Origin: Pseudomonadota bacterium
GTDB taxonomy: Bacteria; Pseudomonadota; Alphaproteobacteria; UBA8366
Reading direction: 5' to 3'
Assembly: GCA_036337155.1 (NCBI GenBank)
Contig: JAYZET010000010.1
Coordinates: 85,630 to 149,629, forward strand
DNA length: 64,000 nt
The stretch's first letter is position 1, and each line of letters begins with the position of its first letter. Both the position numbers and the translations under genes were made by a program. Of the stretch, positions 1-10,307 are shown piece after piece. The notes below the pieces were generated by a model. The model saw only the letters and a list, made by a program, of their open reading frames with translations, was not told the DNA's origin and did no database searches.

Positions 1-397
1 TCGCAGCCGAAAAAGAGTGGCCGGCAAAATATAGAGGATTGTTCGGAGCCCGTCGGCGGATGGCGCTAACGACCCGTTCCATATCGCGGGCAAAGCGGTC
101 GAAGGCGATGGTCTCTGCATAAGGTTCTGGCGGTGTCGTAGAGCCGCCTTGGCCACGTGCGTCGTAGGCGAAGACCCGAAAGCCGCCCCGGGCGAGGCGC
201 TGGAGCAGCGGTAAATAGCTTCCCCCACTGAACCCGTTGGCGTGGCCCCAGAGTAAGGCCGGGGCATTGGCGCATACGCCTGCTAACTCGTAGGCGGCAA
301 TCGTCACGTCGTCTTCGACGGCGACGTCAAAATGTTCTGCAGCGTCGGCCGGTATCGACGGATATTCCTGCGCTTCTGACAGTTTGGAAGTCTTCAC
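1..397 (-). CDS. alpha/beta-fold hydrolase, partial (C-terminus lies beyond window start)
   Basis: Edge-truncated, so absent from the ORF track. My minus-strand translation from GTG at 397 reads VKTSKLSEAQEYP..VTIAAYELAG..PALLWGHANGFSGGSYLPLLQRLARGGFRVFAYDARGQG..LYFAGHSFSAA. It shows an HG oxyanion-type motif and a G-H-S-x-S nucleophile-elbow-like motif. Confidence 0.55.
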   Translation of the reverse strand, partial: MKTSKLSEAQEYPSIPADAAEHFDVAVEDDVTIAAYELAGVCANAPALLWGHANGFSGGSYLPLLQRLARGGFRVFAYDARGQGGSTTPPEPYAETIAFDRFARDMERVVSAIRRRAPNNPLYFAGHSFSAA

Positions 398-452
398 TAA
401 CTGCTCATTAAGTTTCTCCTCTTGTGGAGGAGGTCGTGGCGGTGTTCGCGCC

Positions 453-1724
453 TCACTTGCAAACGTGGTCCATCAGTTTGTCGAAGAAGACGTGACATTT
501 GTCGATCTGCTCTAGGGCTATAAATTCGTTGGGCTTGTGCGCCTGATCGATGCCGCCGGGGCCGCAGACGACGGTTGGAATTCCAGCGTCTTGCTGAAAC
601 AGGCCGGCCTCGGTGCCGAAGGCTACCTTGGCGTGATCATTGCGGCCGGCAAGGGTCTTCGCCAAGGTAACTACCTCCGCACCCGGGTCGATGTCTAAGC
701 CTTCGATCACGCTCAACTCTTCAAAAGAGAAACCCGTTGATGGGTCGATCGCTTTCATCTCCGGTTCCAGTACCTTACGAGCATGGTTGATTGCTTCTTC
801 GTAGAGCGTCCGGCCATCATGTCCGGTGATGCAGCGAAATTCGAACTCGAACTGGCAATCCTTTGGCACTATGTTGAGCGCCGTCCCGCCTTTAACAACA
901 CCTGTGTGCACCGTAGTATGGTTGACATCATAAAGATCGTCGAACGGACCCTCAGCGCGTATGCGCCGCGCCATTCCCTTCAGGTAGGCGATCAATTCTG
1001 CCGCGTACTCGACCGCGTTCACGCCGTGGGGCGCCAGGCTGGAATGTGCTTCCAGGCCGCGGACGTGGCACCCGTAGCTGTGCTTGCCCTTGTGGCCGAT
1101 TATCACCTGCATCGAAGTAGGCTCACCGACAATACACATCATGGGTTTCGGCTGAATTTCATTAGCGAGTTTGGTGACTAGGCTGCGCACGCCGACGCAG
1201 CCGACTTCTTCATCGTGACTGAAAGCCAGGTGGATTGGCGTCTCAAGCCCGCGTTTCAGAAACTTGGGCGCATAGGCGAGGCAGATGGCTATGAAGCTTT
1301 TCATATCACATGTACCTCGGCCGAAAAGCTTTCCATCCTTTTCCTGCACGTTGAAAGGATCGGTATTCCATTCCTGTCCGTCAATTGGGACGACGTCCGT
1401 ATGTCCCGAGAGCATAATGCCTGGTCGGTCGGTTGGGCCGAGCGTCGTATAAAGGTTGGCCTTGGTACCTGTTTCGTCCGGGACCAGCAGGGATTCGACG
1501 CCTAGGTCCTGCAGGTAATCGCGGATGTAATGGATAAGTTCAAGATTAGAATATCGGCTCGTTGTGTCGAAGCTGATTAATTTCTTGATAAAGTCGATGC
1601 TGCTACTTTCCGCCGTGACCAAGAAGCTGCCCTCGCGTATTGTTCCAAATCCTGGAAGGATAAGGGAGCCGAACGGGGTTGGCCAGTGTGCAGACGATGG
1701 CCCTAGCTTTGCGTAATTTGTCAT
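453..1724 (-). CDS. argE: acetylornithine deacetylase-like M20 metallopeptidase (ArgE family)
   Basis: 423-aa ORF with HTDVVP and GRGTCDMK metal/catalytic motifs and DEEVG, typical of ArgE/DapE M20 enzymes. The true start may be the internal TTG near 1622, preceded by GAGGG, giving about 389 aa. Confidence 0.75.
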   Translation of the reverse strand: MTNYAKLGPSSAHWPTPFGSLILPGFGTIREGSFLVTAESSSIDFIKKLISFDTTSRYSNLELIHYIRDYLQDLGVESLLVPDETGTKANLYTTLGPTDRPGIMLSGHTDVVPIDGQEWNTDPFNVQEKDGKLFGRGTCDMKSFIAICLAYAPKFLKRGLETPIHLAFSHDEEVGCVGVRSLVTKLANEIQPKPMMCIVGEPTSMQVIIGHKGKHSYGCHVRGLEAHSSLAPHGVNAVEYAAELIAYLKGMARRIRAEGPFDDLYDVNHTTVHTGVVKGGTALNIVPKDCQFEFEFRCITGHDGRTLYEEAINHARKVLEPEMKAIDPSTGFSFEELSVIEGLDIDPGAEVVTLAKTLAGRNDHAKVAFGTEAGLFQQDAGIPTVVCGPGGIDQAHKPNEFIALEQIDKCHVFFDKLMDHVCK

Positions 1725-2007
1725 TCCAGCAGCTTGCGGACGGCTGCAAGCAAGTTCCTGGAATATCCAACAGTGCTCGAATTTGGTGGTAACGAGCAGG
1801 TTAGGATAGATGAGTGGCCAGAGCTCGTGCTATAATCCCGGGTCGAGAATTTGTTAGGAGAATGGGCAACATGCCGATGCTGATTCGGATAGAGCCGTCT
1901 GGCCATAATATCGGCCCGCGGCTCGATCTGCTTCGCCCCATAGGCTAGGCCAATCGGAGCGGACGCGCTAGAAAGACTTTCGTTGAATTTCGGTGAGGGT
2001 CTTTTAC

Positions 2008-3144
2008 ATGTCGCGTGGCAGCGTTTCCTACATCAACCCACGAACTGGTGCCAAATGGTCGGTCGACTGTCCAATTTGGTGCGCGCCGGATGACAAGGGC
2101 TATGTCAATCTGACGTCGGGTGGCGGTCTGTCGCGGAGTGACATTATGTCTAACGCTCCGGGGCTCTGGCGATATCGCGCCGCTCTCCGACTGAAGGGTG
2201 ACCCATATCAATCGCTTGGTGAGGGATGGACACCGTTGGTGTCTTCGGATTGGGAAGGCGTGCCAGTTATTATGAAATGTGAATATTTGATGCCATCTGG
2301 TTCATTTAAGGATCGTGGAACCGTGGTGTTGTTCAATTACCTCCGGCAACACGGCGTGAAAGAAATCCTGGAAGATAGTTCTGGAAACGCGGGCTCTTCT
2401 TATGCGACCTATGCAGCTGCATTCGGTCTGGATTGCCGTATTCTGGTGCCGACAGTCGCTCCCGCTGGAAAGAAGGCGCAGATTGCGACGATGGGCGCTC
2501 GACTGGAGCCGGTCGAGGGCACGCGGGAGGATGTCGCAGCTGCTGCCCGCAAGGCGGCTGAGACCGTATTCTACGCCAGCCATAATTGGCAACCCTACTT
2601 TATAGAGGGTACGAAAACCCTTGCGTTTGAGGTATGGGAACAATCCGGTTTTAAGGCACCGGACAATATTGTTGTGCCACTCGGTTACGGTAGCAACGTA
2701 ATTGGCCTTTATATTGGATTTTGCGAATTGTTGGTGGCCGGAGAGCTAGATAGATTGCCTAGGATATTCGCCGCTCAAGCGGCGAATTGCGCTGCTTTTT
2801 ACGCGGCTTGGGAAGGAGACGGTGCCAGAGTAGAAATCGATCCCAAGCCGACCATCGCTGATGGTATTGCGAGTGAACGGCCGGTGCGGATGTCCGAGGT
2901 AATGGCATCAGTAAAATTGACCGGAGGCGCAATTGTTGCGGTTGAGGAAGAAGAAATCATGGCGGCATTTTGTGCACTCGCTCGGCGCGGCTTTTTCGTC
3001 GAGCCTACGAGTGCCACCGCTGCAGCGGTGTTAACCCGCCTAATCAGCGATGGCATGGTTTCCACTGGCGATACGACCGTAATGGTGCTGACAGGGCACG
3101 GGCTGAAAGCCGTGGATAAGATCGCGGCCCGACTTGGCCGATAG
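2008..3144 (+). CDS. threonine synthase-like PLP-dependent enzyme (tryptophan synthase beta superfamily)
   Basis: SGSFKDRG PLP-lysine motif and a GNAG glycine-rich loop. I prefer the ATG at 2008 (GAGGG 9 nt upstream) over the track GTG at 1993. Confidence 0.7.
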   Translation: MSRGSVSYINPRTGAKWSVDCPIWCAPDDKGYVNLTSGGGLSRSDIMSNAPGLWRYRAALRLKGDPYQSLGEGWTPLVSSDWEGVPVIMKCEYLMPSGSFKDRGTVVLFNYLRQHGVKEILEDSSGNAGSSYATYAAAFGLDCRILVPTVAPAGKKAQIATMGARLEPVEGTREDVAAAARKAAETVFYASHNWQPYFIEGTKTLAFEVWEQSGFKAPDNIVVPLGYGSNVIGLYIGFCELLVAGELDRLPRIFAAQAANCAAFYAAWEGDGARVEIDPKPTIADGIASERPVRMSEVMASVKLTGGAIVAVEEEEIMAAFCALARRGFFVEPTSATAAAVLTRLISDGMVSTGDTTVMVLTGHGLKAVDKIAARLGR

Positions 3145-3264
3145 GCCGCAGTTGAAAACTTATCAAGTCAGGGACATCTTCATACCAAATTCGTTCTATC
3201 CTAGAATTTGGAGGCATGTAATTGAAATATTTTTTGGTGATCCGTTAGGGGCGAGGGCCGGCAG

Positions 3265-4140
3265 ATGAACGAGACCATTCCAGGCGTTTACAGACTGGAA
3301 ACGGGAGGGAAAATGGGAATTCCTCTCGTTTTGGATTCGCCCCACAGCGGGTCAATCTATCCCAAGGACTTCAATACATCGGTCCCAATGGAGGCGTTGC
3401 GCCGAGGTGAAGACATGTATGTAGATGACCTTTTCGGCGAAGGGCCAGAGTTTGGCGCGAGCTTACTCTCTGCTTTGTATCCGCGAAGTTTTATCGACCC
3501 CAATCGTGGCATTTACGATCTTGATCGTGATTTGTTGTCAGAACCGTGGCCGGAAACTGTTCAACCAACGGAGAAGGCACGTCTCGGTCATGGTTTGATC
3601 TGGCGCGTGTGTCCGCCCGATTTACCTATGTATGGACGTCGATTGGCGATTGCGGAAGTGCGGCGGCGGATAGATGACTATTGGCAGCCTTATCACAGCG
3701 CTTTGCAACGCTGCATAGATTATGTGCACTCGCGCTATGGCATGTCCTGGCACATCAATTGCCATTCCATGCCGTCTTTGAGCCTTCCCAAGGATACGGA
3801 GTTGACTGGATTCCGTTTTGCTGATTTTGTTCTTGGCGATCGTGACGGAACGACCTGTAGCCGTGAATTTCTTATGATAGTTGGCAATACATTGGAGGGC
3901 TTCGGGTACCGAGTGAGGATCAATGATCCATACAAAGGGGTTGAAATTGTGCGTAGACACGGGCGTCCGGAAATTGGTCGTCATAGTTTGCAAATCGAAA
4001 TAAACCGTGCCCTCTATATGAATGAGGACACGTTGGAGAAATTACCTGACTACGTTACGTTGAAAGAGCATATAAGCCAACTAATTGAAGTTGTTGGTAG
4101 TTATGCTTTAGGGCGAGTTGGCGCTAAGGCTGCGGAATAG
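3265..4140 (+). CDS. N-formylglutamate amidohydrolase family protein
   Basis: 291-aa ORF. The N-terminal LVLDSPHSG..P motif and overall pattern (HG..LQIEINR) fit the FGase/HutG-like family. GAGGG Shine-Dalgarno (SD) sequence upstream. Confidence 0.65.
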   Translation: MNETIPGVYRLETGGKMGIPLVLDSPHSGSIYPKDFNTSVPMEALRRGEDMYVDDLFGEGPEFGASLLSALYPRSFIDPNRGIYDLDRDLLSEPWPETVQPTEKARLGHGLIWRVCPPDLPMYGRRLAIAEVRRRIDDYWQPYHSALQRCIDYVHSRYGMSWHINCHSMPSLSLPKDTELTGFRFADFVLGDRDGTTCSREFLMIVGNTLEGFGYRVRINDPYKGVEIVRRHGRPEIGRHSLQIEINRALYMNEDTLEKLPDYVTLKEHISQLIEVVGSYALGRVGAKAAE

Positions 4141-4159
4141 CTACTAAGGGTTTTCGACC

Positions 4160-4262
4160 CCTAGAGTGCTTTGGTTGCCTCAGGTTCTATTGGATGAACG
4201 AGAGTTCATGCCATTCAAGGTTTTCGAACCTTATCAGGCTTGAATTTCAGAGTGCGAAGTTC
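4160..4262. repeat. structured intergenic repeat, copy A (partner at 10100..10225)
   Basis: Shares with copy B: AATTTCAGAGTGC (4242..4254 vs 10112..10124), AACCTTAT (4226..4233 vs 10128..10135), CAGGCTTGAAT (4234..4244) as reverse complement at 10152..10162, and GCGAAGTT (4253..4260 vs 10216..10223). Both copies also contain a hairpin with TGGCAT/ATGCCA-like arms. Confidence 0.45.
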
Positions 4263-4507
4263 GCGATACTAGCCTCGATTACAGTATTCTTGCACATCTG
4301 TCGGACAATATTAGGGGTAAACGGCGTTGGCAGGCCTCGATCGAGCTAAGCAAGCTAGATTAAATAGATTCCGCCATTTGTGGCATTTCGTTGTTGCGAC
4401 TTAGAGAGATACCGGTGAGTAGAAGGTGAATTAAAATTGCGAAAGTCGCCGATTGTTTGCTTAAGATTGTTGGTATTGAGTAATTTAAACCGTCTTTAAA
4501 TTTTGCT

Positions 4508-5275
4508 TCAGGGTGCGAATTGCTCCGAGAGGATCCGCTCCTCCAGATCATGTTCAGGATCAAATAACATGGTAAGTTGCAGGCTTTCATCTAGCGATAC
4601 ATCGACCTTGACCACATCCCGAACCTCGAAGGCGTCAGCACAGGCACTGACTGGTCGTTTATCTGCTTCAAGTACTTCAAATCCGACCTGCGCGCCATTT
4701 GGTAAAATTGCGCCGCGCCATCGGCGGGGGCGAAAGGCGCTGATAGGTGTGAGACACAACACGTCTGAGCCGATTGGGACAATTGGGCCGTAGGCGGAAA
4801 GATTATAGGCGGTGCTGCCGGCAGGTGTGCAAAGTAGAACGCCGTCACAGACTAACTCCTTAAGGCGTTCAACTTTGTCTACGGTAATGCGCACTTTAGC
4901 TGCTTGCTGCGTTTCGCGGAAAAGCGAAACATCGTTGATTGCTATAGCACTGATTTCTAGTCCGTTTTCCGTCGTAGCTATCATACGTAATGGCCGGATC
5001 GAAACTGGTTCCGCACGTGCTAGACGTGCCGGTAATTCTTCGGTCTTGTATTCGTTCATTAGAAATCCGACGCTGCCGCGGTTCATGCCGAAAATCGGCT
5101 TATTGTGGGCGTTATCGTCGTGCAACATGCGTAACATGAAACCGTCACCGCCAAGTGCGACGACGATGTCAGCTTCTTTCGGAGACACAACCCCATACTT
5201 CGACTTAAGGTCCCGCAACGCCTGCTGCGCATCGGTAGAATTTGATGCCACGAACGCAATTTTCTTGTCATTCAT
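4508..5275 (-). CDS. nadK: NAD kinase
   Basis: 255 aa with the GGDGFML signature and a length typical of NadK/PpnK. Confidence 0.85.
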   Translation of the reverse strand: MNDKKIAFVASNSTDAQQALRDLKSKYGVVSPKEADIVVALGGDGFMLRMLHDDNAHNKPIFGMNRGSVGFLMNEYKTEELPARLARAEPVSIRPLRMIATTENGLEISAIAINDVSLFRETQQAAKVRITVDKVERLKELVCDGVLLCTPAGSTAYNLSAYGPIVPIGSDVLCLTPISAFRPRRWRGAILPNGAQVGFEVLEADKRPVSACADAFEVRDVVKVDVSLDESLQLTMLFDPEHDLEERILSEQFAP

Positions 5276-5348
5276 GCGCTAACACCGTGAGAAAGGGCTG
5301 CCATACGCGGGTGCTAGTATAGCGTGAAGGCCAACTTGTGCCAGCGGT

Positions 5349-5699
5349 GTGGAGAAACTTGGAGGGGAAAGCATTAAATTTCTTCTGATAATCTCTTTTA
5401 TGCTTGTATTTATTGTCGTCTGGTCCACTGGAGCAGTCGACAGGCATGTCGGATATTACTATCCGAGGCCTGTCACGCAGGAGCAATATCGTCCGAGAGC
5501 ACGGAAAATGCGGGGCTTAAACAAGCAAGGAAGACTTGCATTCGTCTCGAATATCACTACCGACATAATGAACAAGAACTCCTACCCACAGCAATTCGCA
5601 ATGTTCTCAGCGGGTGCCCAGCGACAGAAGCTAATTATCGTAGCTCTGCGAGACGACGTATATAACACGATCTTTCGCACGGGTGCGTTGATGGCATAA
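5349..5699 (+). CDS. hypothetical exported/membrane-anchored small protein
   Basis: 116-aa ORF with a hydrophobic N-terminal segment (FLLIISFMLVFIVVW). No family recognised and the start is uncertain. Confidence 0.3.
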   Translation: MEKLGGESIKFLLIISFMLVFIVVWSTGAVDRHVGYYYPRPVTQEQYRPRARKMRGLNKQGRLAFVSNITTDIMNKNSYPQQFAMFSAGAQRQKLIIVALRDDVYNTIFRTGALMA

Positions 5700-5865
5700 C
5701 TTACAACCGTCGCACGGACGGCACCAATAATTTGAGAACAGATGAAACCAGTCGATCTGACATTTCTCAACTTACTCAATCTTATAGGACTCAAACAATT
5801 GACGATAAGTGACGTAAAGTCGTATTCCCACTAAATCCACCTACGCTGATCTATGGAGCCCACCG

Positions 5866-6270
5866 ATGTCGGACACGGAAGCCGTCTTATTCGTAAATGA
5901 GGCATTTTACGTTAATTTTTCTGGTGGGGACGCCGAGGCGATTGGCACGTTGTGGTCGTCTGTGGCACCTGTCAGTTGTATACATCCTGGTTGGGAGTTA
6001 TTGAGTGGTCGTGAGGCTGTCTTGGAAAGTTGGCGAAGCATTCTACGCGGCGGAGCGCCTTCGATCCGCTGCCGCGATCCCAAGGTATTATTCTATGGCA
6101 ATGCAGCGATCGTGTTGTGCTATGAAGAAATTGACGGCACCTTCCTTGTCGCCACTAACATATTCGTCCGCGAGTCCGGCACCTGGAAAATGGCTCATCA
6201 CCAGGCTGCTCCAACCCGTGGCAAGCCCGCCGACGACTTGAATGGGTCGGAAAAACCGAAGGTAAACTAG
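5866..6270 (+). CDS. NTF2/SnoaL-like (DUF4440-type) protein
   Basis: 134 aa. The N-terminal pattern A..FVNEAFY.....GD.EAI..LW and a C-terminal W.M.HHQ motif are typical of SnoaL-like fold proteins. Confidence 0.55.
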   Translation: MSDTEAVLFVNEAFYVNFSGGDAEAIGTLWSSVAPVSCIHPGWELLSGREAVLESWRSILRGGAPSIRCRDPKVLFYGNAAIVLCYEEIDGTFLVATNIFVRESGTWKMAHHQAAPTRGKPADDLNGSEKPKVN

Positions 6271-6279
6271 ATTTTACGA

Positions 6280-7314
6280 TTAGCCGCCGGTAACACTCAT
6301 ATGGCGTTCGACACCAGGACGTTGGTGTCGACGATCAATGACGAAATCATGACCTTTCGGCTTACGTAAGATGGCCGCGTTAATGGCTTCCGATATGGAA
6401 GCGTCGTCGGAATTGGTACGCAGCGGTCCGCGCAGGTCAGCTGCGTCTTCCTGCCCTAGACACATGTAGAGCGTTCCTGTGCATGTCAGTCGGACGCGAT
6501 TGCAGGATTCGCAAAAGTTATGGGTCATTGGCGTAATGAATCCAATCCGCCCCCCGGTTTCTCTGCAAACAAAATACCGGGCCGGGCCGCCCGTCGTATG
6601 GTCGCTTTCGTCCAGAGTCCAGCGTTTCTGCAACTCGCCACGAACCATCGAGAGCGGCCAATATTGGTCTAACCTGATTTCGTTGCCGATATCGCCCATT
6701 GGCATTACTTCGATGAAAGTGAGATCATGGCCATTTTCGCCGCACCAATAAACCATGTCATGAATTTCATCATCGTTGACACCTTTCAGGGCAACGCAAT
6801 TGATTTTTACAGACAATCCCGCTTTCGAGGCAGCGGAGACACCGTCCATTACTTTTTCAAAATTTCCCCAGCGCGTGATCGCTTTAAATTTTTCCGCACT
6901 CAGTGTGTCTAACGAGACGTTAATTCGGCGGACGCCGCAATTGACTAAATCCTGTGCATACTTTTTAAGCTGGCTACCATTCGTGGTCAAAGTTAGCTCG
7001 TCAAGAGCGCCATTGGCGAGATGCCGTCCAAGGCGCTCGAACAGCCAAATGATATTTCGCCGCACCAAAGGCTCTCCACCTGTCATTCTTAACTTTCGAA
7101 CGCCATGTTGAACGAAAATCGAGCAGAGGCGGTCCAACTCTTCCAGGGTCAACAAGTCGGCTTTTGGCAAAAAGCTCATGTTTTCTGACATGCAGTAAAC
7201 ACAGCGAAAGTCGCACCGGTCGGTAACCGATACGCGTAGATAGTCAATGCGGCGATCGAAGGGATCGATCAGGGAGCCATTTTTTGCTGGCAAGTGTTGA
7301 TTATTTTTTCGCAT
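6280..7314 (-). CDS. moaA: GTP 3',8-cyclase (molybdenum cofactor biosynthesis protein A)
   Basis: 344 aa with a radical-SAM CDFRCVYC cluster motif, a C-terminal CxxCxxxRLTxxG motif ([13 protein letters not shown]) and a GG tail. Confidence 0.9.
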   Translation of the reverse strand: MRKNNQHLPAKNGSLIDPFDRRIDYLRVSVTDRCDFRCVYCMSENMSFLPKADLLTLEELDRLCSIFVQHGVRKLRMTGGEPLVRRNIIWLFERLGRHLANGALDELTLTTNGSQLKKYAQDLVNCGVRRINVSLDTLSAEKFKAITRWGNFEKVMDGVSAASKAGLSVKINCVALKGVNDDEIHDMVYWCGENGHDLTFIEVMPMGDIGNEIRLDQYWPLSMVRGELQKRWTLDESDHTTGGPARYFVCRETGGRIGFITPMTHNFCESCNRVRLTCTGTLYMCLGQEDAADLRGPLRTNSDDASISEAINAAILRKPKGHDFVIDRRHQRPGVERHMSVTGG

Positions 7315-7682
7315 CGTAAAATTTCAGTTTCTGACTACATCAAGAACTTTTTTTCCACATTTGTCGATCGTTACATGGTAATTGCAATCTACCTTGTACC
7401 AAGTGATCGATATATAATTAACGCAACAGTGCAAACTGCCAAGCTTACTCGTCAAATATGTGCCTAATATCCACGAAGGACTAGCCGTGACGAGATTTTT
7501 TGATGGTATTTAAATTTTGTTTATTTTTGTTTGATTAAATAAGACTAAGCTATTTAACAATGTTTTACTTTGATTTTGGTCTTGGAGGAGGCGGAGAATG
7601 TACATAATTCCAAAATCATCACGCTATGCATGGGTGAAGCCCTTCGCATTAATGCAGAACAAACCATGGACTTAGTGTCGGC

Positions 7683-8552
7683 ATGAAGGAATTCGCGCTA
7701 CGTCCACAACCCAACGATCCCAAATTGACAGAGCGTGTTGCTGGTATCGACCAAAATGGTGATACTTTAGAGGCCCATGTTGTTGTCGAGCGGCCGCTGA
7801 CGATTTTCCTGAATCGACAAGAAATTGTGACGGTAATGACGATCGGCGACTATCCTGACTATCTAGCTGTTGGCTATCTGATCAACCAAAACATGCTTGA
7901 TCCGAGTGAACGAGTTGTTGCGATAGACTTCGAAAAAGAAATAGACACCGTGGTAGTGCGCACCGAAGGGGAAACGGATTTTGAGGACAAGCTGCGGCAG
8001 AAAACCTTGACGTCGGGCTGCGCGCAAGGAACGGTTTTTGGCGACATGATGGAAAATTTCGAGGAAATACAGTTGCCGTCTAACGCTAAAATTCGAACGT
8101 CGTGGCTCTACACTTTGACAAAGAAGATTAATACTGCACCAAGTTTGTACTTACATGCGGGTGCAATTCATGGTTGTGTATTATGTGAGCAGAACCGACC
8201 TCTGATTTATATGGAAGATGTAGGAAGACATAACGCGATTGATAAGATCGCCGGCTATATGGCGCTGCATGGCGTTAGACCCGAAGGAAAGATATTTTAC
8301 ACGACTGGTCGATTGACGTCGGAAATGGTCATCAAGGCAGTGCAGATGCGCATTCCTATCCTCATTTCACGCTCAGGGTTCACTGCCTGGGGCGTTGATC
8401 TCGCTCGTCAGGCAGATTTGACACTGATCGGTCGGGCGCGCGGCAAGAGATTTCTTGCACTCGCGGGACAGCATCGTATCGTCTACGACGCGGACCCGGG
8501 CGCTATTGCCGAGGAAACGGTCTTAGTGAGACGAAAGGGTGCACGAAACTAA
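7683..8552 (+). CDS. fdhD: formate dehydrogenase accessory sulfurtransferase FdhD
   Basis: 289 aa. LTSGCAQG active-site Cys loop and a GRHNAIDK motif, both characteristic of FdhD. Confidence 0.85.
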   Translation: MKEFALRPQPNDPKLTERVAGIDQNGDTLEAHVVVERPLTIFLNRQEIVTVMTIGDYPDYLAVGYLINQNMLDPSERVVAIDFEKEIDTVVVRTEGETDFEDKLRQKTLTSGCAQGTVFGDMMENFEEIQLPSNAKIRTSWLYTLTKKINTAPSLYLHAGAIHGCVLCEQNRPLIYMEDVGRHNAIDKIAGYMALHGVRPEGKIFYTTGRLTSEMVIKAVQMRIPILISRSGFTAWGVDLARQADLTLIGRARGKRFLALAGQHRIVYDADPGAIAEETVLVRRKGARN

Positions 8553-8580
8553 CTGATACAGAAAAGGGGTTTTATGGGAG

Positions 8581-9192
8581 ATGAGACGTAAAATTTCCGC
8601 TGTTCTGCTTGCCGGTGGAAAGGCCCAACGAATGGGAGGGGGCGACAAGTGTCTTCGTTTACTTGGTGGACGCACACTACTTGAGCACGTGGTTGAGAGG
8701 GTTCGCCCGCAGGTCGGCCCGATTGTGCTGAATGCTAATGGCGATGCGGACCGATTTCGTTCGTTTGATTTACCCGTGGCACAAGATATAGTCGCTGGTT
8801 TTGCAGGTCCTCTCGCGGGAATACTGACTGGTATGCGTTGGACATCAAATAACGCATCCGAGTGTGACTGGATGCTAAGCGTCCCGACAGATTCTCCGTT
8901 CATTCCGTACGATCTTGTATCGTCGCTACTTTCAGAGATAGAGCAAAATGATGGAGACATCGCTTGTGCAGTCTCTTGCGGCCGAAAACATCCAGTGGTG
9001 GGTCTATGGCCGGTTCGATTGGCAAATGCCTTAGAGCGTGCGTTAATCGATGAGGACATGCGGAAAATTGAACTTTGGACCGGTCGATATCGCGTCACTG
9101 AGGTTAGCTTTCCATCGGAAAAATTAGATCCGTTTTTCAACGCAAACCAACCGGAAGACTTGCTGGAAGCGGAACAATTATTGTTGCTCTAA
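8581..9192 (+). CDS. mobA: molybdenum cofactor guanylyltransferase
   Basis: 203 aa. N-terminal LLAGGKAQRMGGGDK nucleotide-binding motif. Adjacent to fdhD and moaA. Confidence 0.85.
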   Translation: MRRKISAVLLAGGKAQRMGGGDKCLRLLGGRTLLEHVVERVRPQVGPIVLNANGDADRFRSFDLPVAQDIVAGFAGPLAGILTGMRWTSNNASECDWMLSVPTDSPFIPYDLVSSLLSEIEQNDGDIACAVSCGRKHPVVGLWPVRLANALERALIDEDMRKIELWTGRYRVTEVSFPSEKLDPFFNANQPEDLLEAEQLLLL

Positions 9193-9915
9193 CGTTAAGA
9201 AGCGACCATGGGGTCGCATTGCGCTGACAGTACCACCCTCCATGACGATCCTTAACAGCGCTTCGGAGTTGTGGGCAATGAAGCCACTTATTGCATCTAT
9301 ACCGTGCTCAAACATCAACAGGCTGAGAGTTGCACTGGGACCGACCAGCATGACATAAGCGCCAGTCGTGAATTCGAGTAGATTCGTTAAAGTCCCATTA
9401 ATAAGCGCGGAGGCCGTAATCAGTACATATTTTGCATTCGGTAGGTGGTAACTGGCGGCGCTTTCTGGCAAGCAACCGGGCCGAGGCTCACGCTCGATGA
9501 CTATGGCTTTTGGTACCCGCCGTCTCAGGCCGGGAAACTGTCCAATAACGACCGTTTGTTCTCCTTCGTTTTTTATTAGATCTAGACCATTTGTGTTGTT
9601 TCCCTTGAGATCAAAGCGGTTGTGGTGGGCGTTGATTGCAGCAAATCCTATGGCCTGTTCGAATACGTTTTCCGAAGCAGTAAGAGTGGACAGTTCTGCA
9701 AGGTTTCGTCCGGTATAGCTGCCTGATAAAGGCAAGCTACTGCAGCCACTATTGTCGCGCGCTGGCGTCTGTGCAAGGCCGACGCCCAGCGGCCCAACGA
9801 CGGCGGTCCAGTTGAGGCCTACAACGACCTCATCCGCAGTTCCGATGATATTGGCGGATAAATTTTTTACGATCTTGCTTTGTACGCAACGTAACTGCAA
9901 ACCACTACTGTACAT
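9178..9915 (-). CDS. DUF364/DUF4213-like Rossmann-type protein (putative metal-chelation domain)
   Basis: 245-aa ORF. The family assignment is from remembered sequence pattern only. It converges on and overlaps mobA by 15 nt. Confidence 0.45.
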   Translation of the reverse strand: MYSSGLQLRCVQSKIVKNLSANIIGTADEVVVGLNWTAVVGPLGVGLAQTPARDNSGCSSLPLSGSYTGRNLAELSTLTASENVFEQAIGFAAINAHHNRFDLKGNNTNGLDLIKNEGEQTVVIGQFPGLRRRVPKAIVIEREPRPGCLPESAASYHLPNAKYVLITASALINGTLTNLLEFTTGAYVMLVGPSATLSLLMFEHGIDAISGFIAHNSEALLRIVMEGGTVSAMRPHGRFLTLEQQ

Positions 9916-10099
9916 GGCGAATCCTAAAATTTAAGTATAAATGCGTGTCTAAATTTTAATTTAATTGAATTAATTGAAACTTATAATCAAATGCTGAATT
10001 CAATTTCATCAATTTATTTGATGGTCAAAAATAGCTAGTTTAATTTGTTCTAGAAAGAGAGATTAGAGCGATTAACGGGTGTATTATTTTGGTGAAAGC

Positions 10100-10225
10100 C
10101 AGAGTGTGTTTAATTTCAGAGTGCTGAAACCTTATTTGGTGATAACAGTGGATTCAAGCCTGAATCCGACCGGCTTGGCATGGATGGGTTCTCGAACGGT
10201 ATGCCATGAATTTAAGCGAAGTTGA
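10100..10225. repeat. structured intergenic repeat, copy B (partner at 4160..4262)
   Basis: See copy A. This copy contains the inverted repeat TGGCAT (10176..10181) / ATGCCA (10201..10206) and the hairpin GGATTCA-AGCC-TGAATCC. Confidence 0.45.
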
Positions 10226-10307
10226 ACGGAAAGTAGGAAATATTTATTGTCTTCACACTCAGAGTACAAATAATGCTATAATCCTCCAATTTTCAAAGGG
10301 TTAACGT

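Noticed and set aside
66-275. 69-aa minus-strand track ORF (MRQCPGLTLGPRQ...)
   Set aside because: It is out of frame with the much more protein-like alpha/beta-hydrolase reading frame that spans 1..397 on the same strand. Its Arg/Pro-rich composition is typical of an off-frame artefact.
5700-5865. Possible frameshifted continuation of the 5349..5699 ORF (pseudogene)
   Set aside because: The alternative frame stays open for only about 40 codons and shows no recognisable similarity. Evidence is insufficient to call a frameshift.
7315-7560. Possible Moco riboswitch in the moaA 5-prime region
   Set aside because: The position is right, but I could not recognise the conserved Moco-motif core sequences or helices by eye. 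A covariance-model search (Rfam RF01055) is needed before making any claim.
10176-10206. TGGCAT ... ATGCCA inverted repeat upstream of fliI as a sigma-54 promoter or FlbD dyad
   Set aside because: Neither orientation has GC at the -12 position. The arm spacing (19 nt) differs from the GGCA-N5-TGCC dyads. It is better explained as part of the intergenic repeat shared with 4160..4262.
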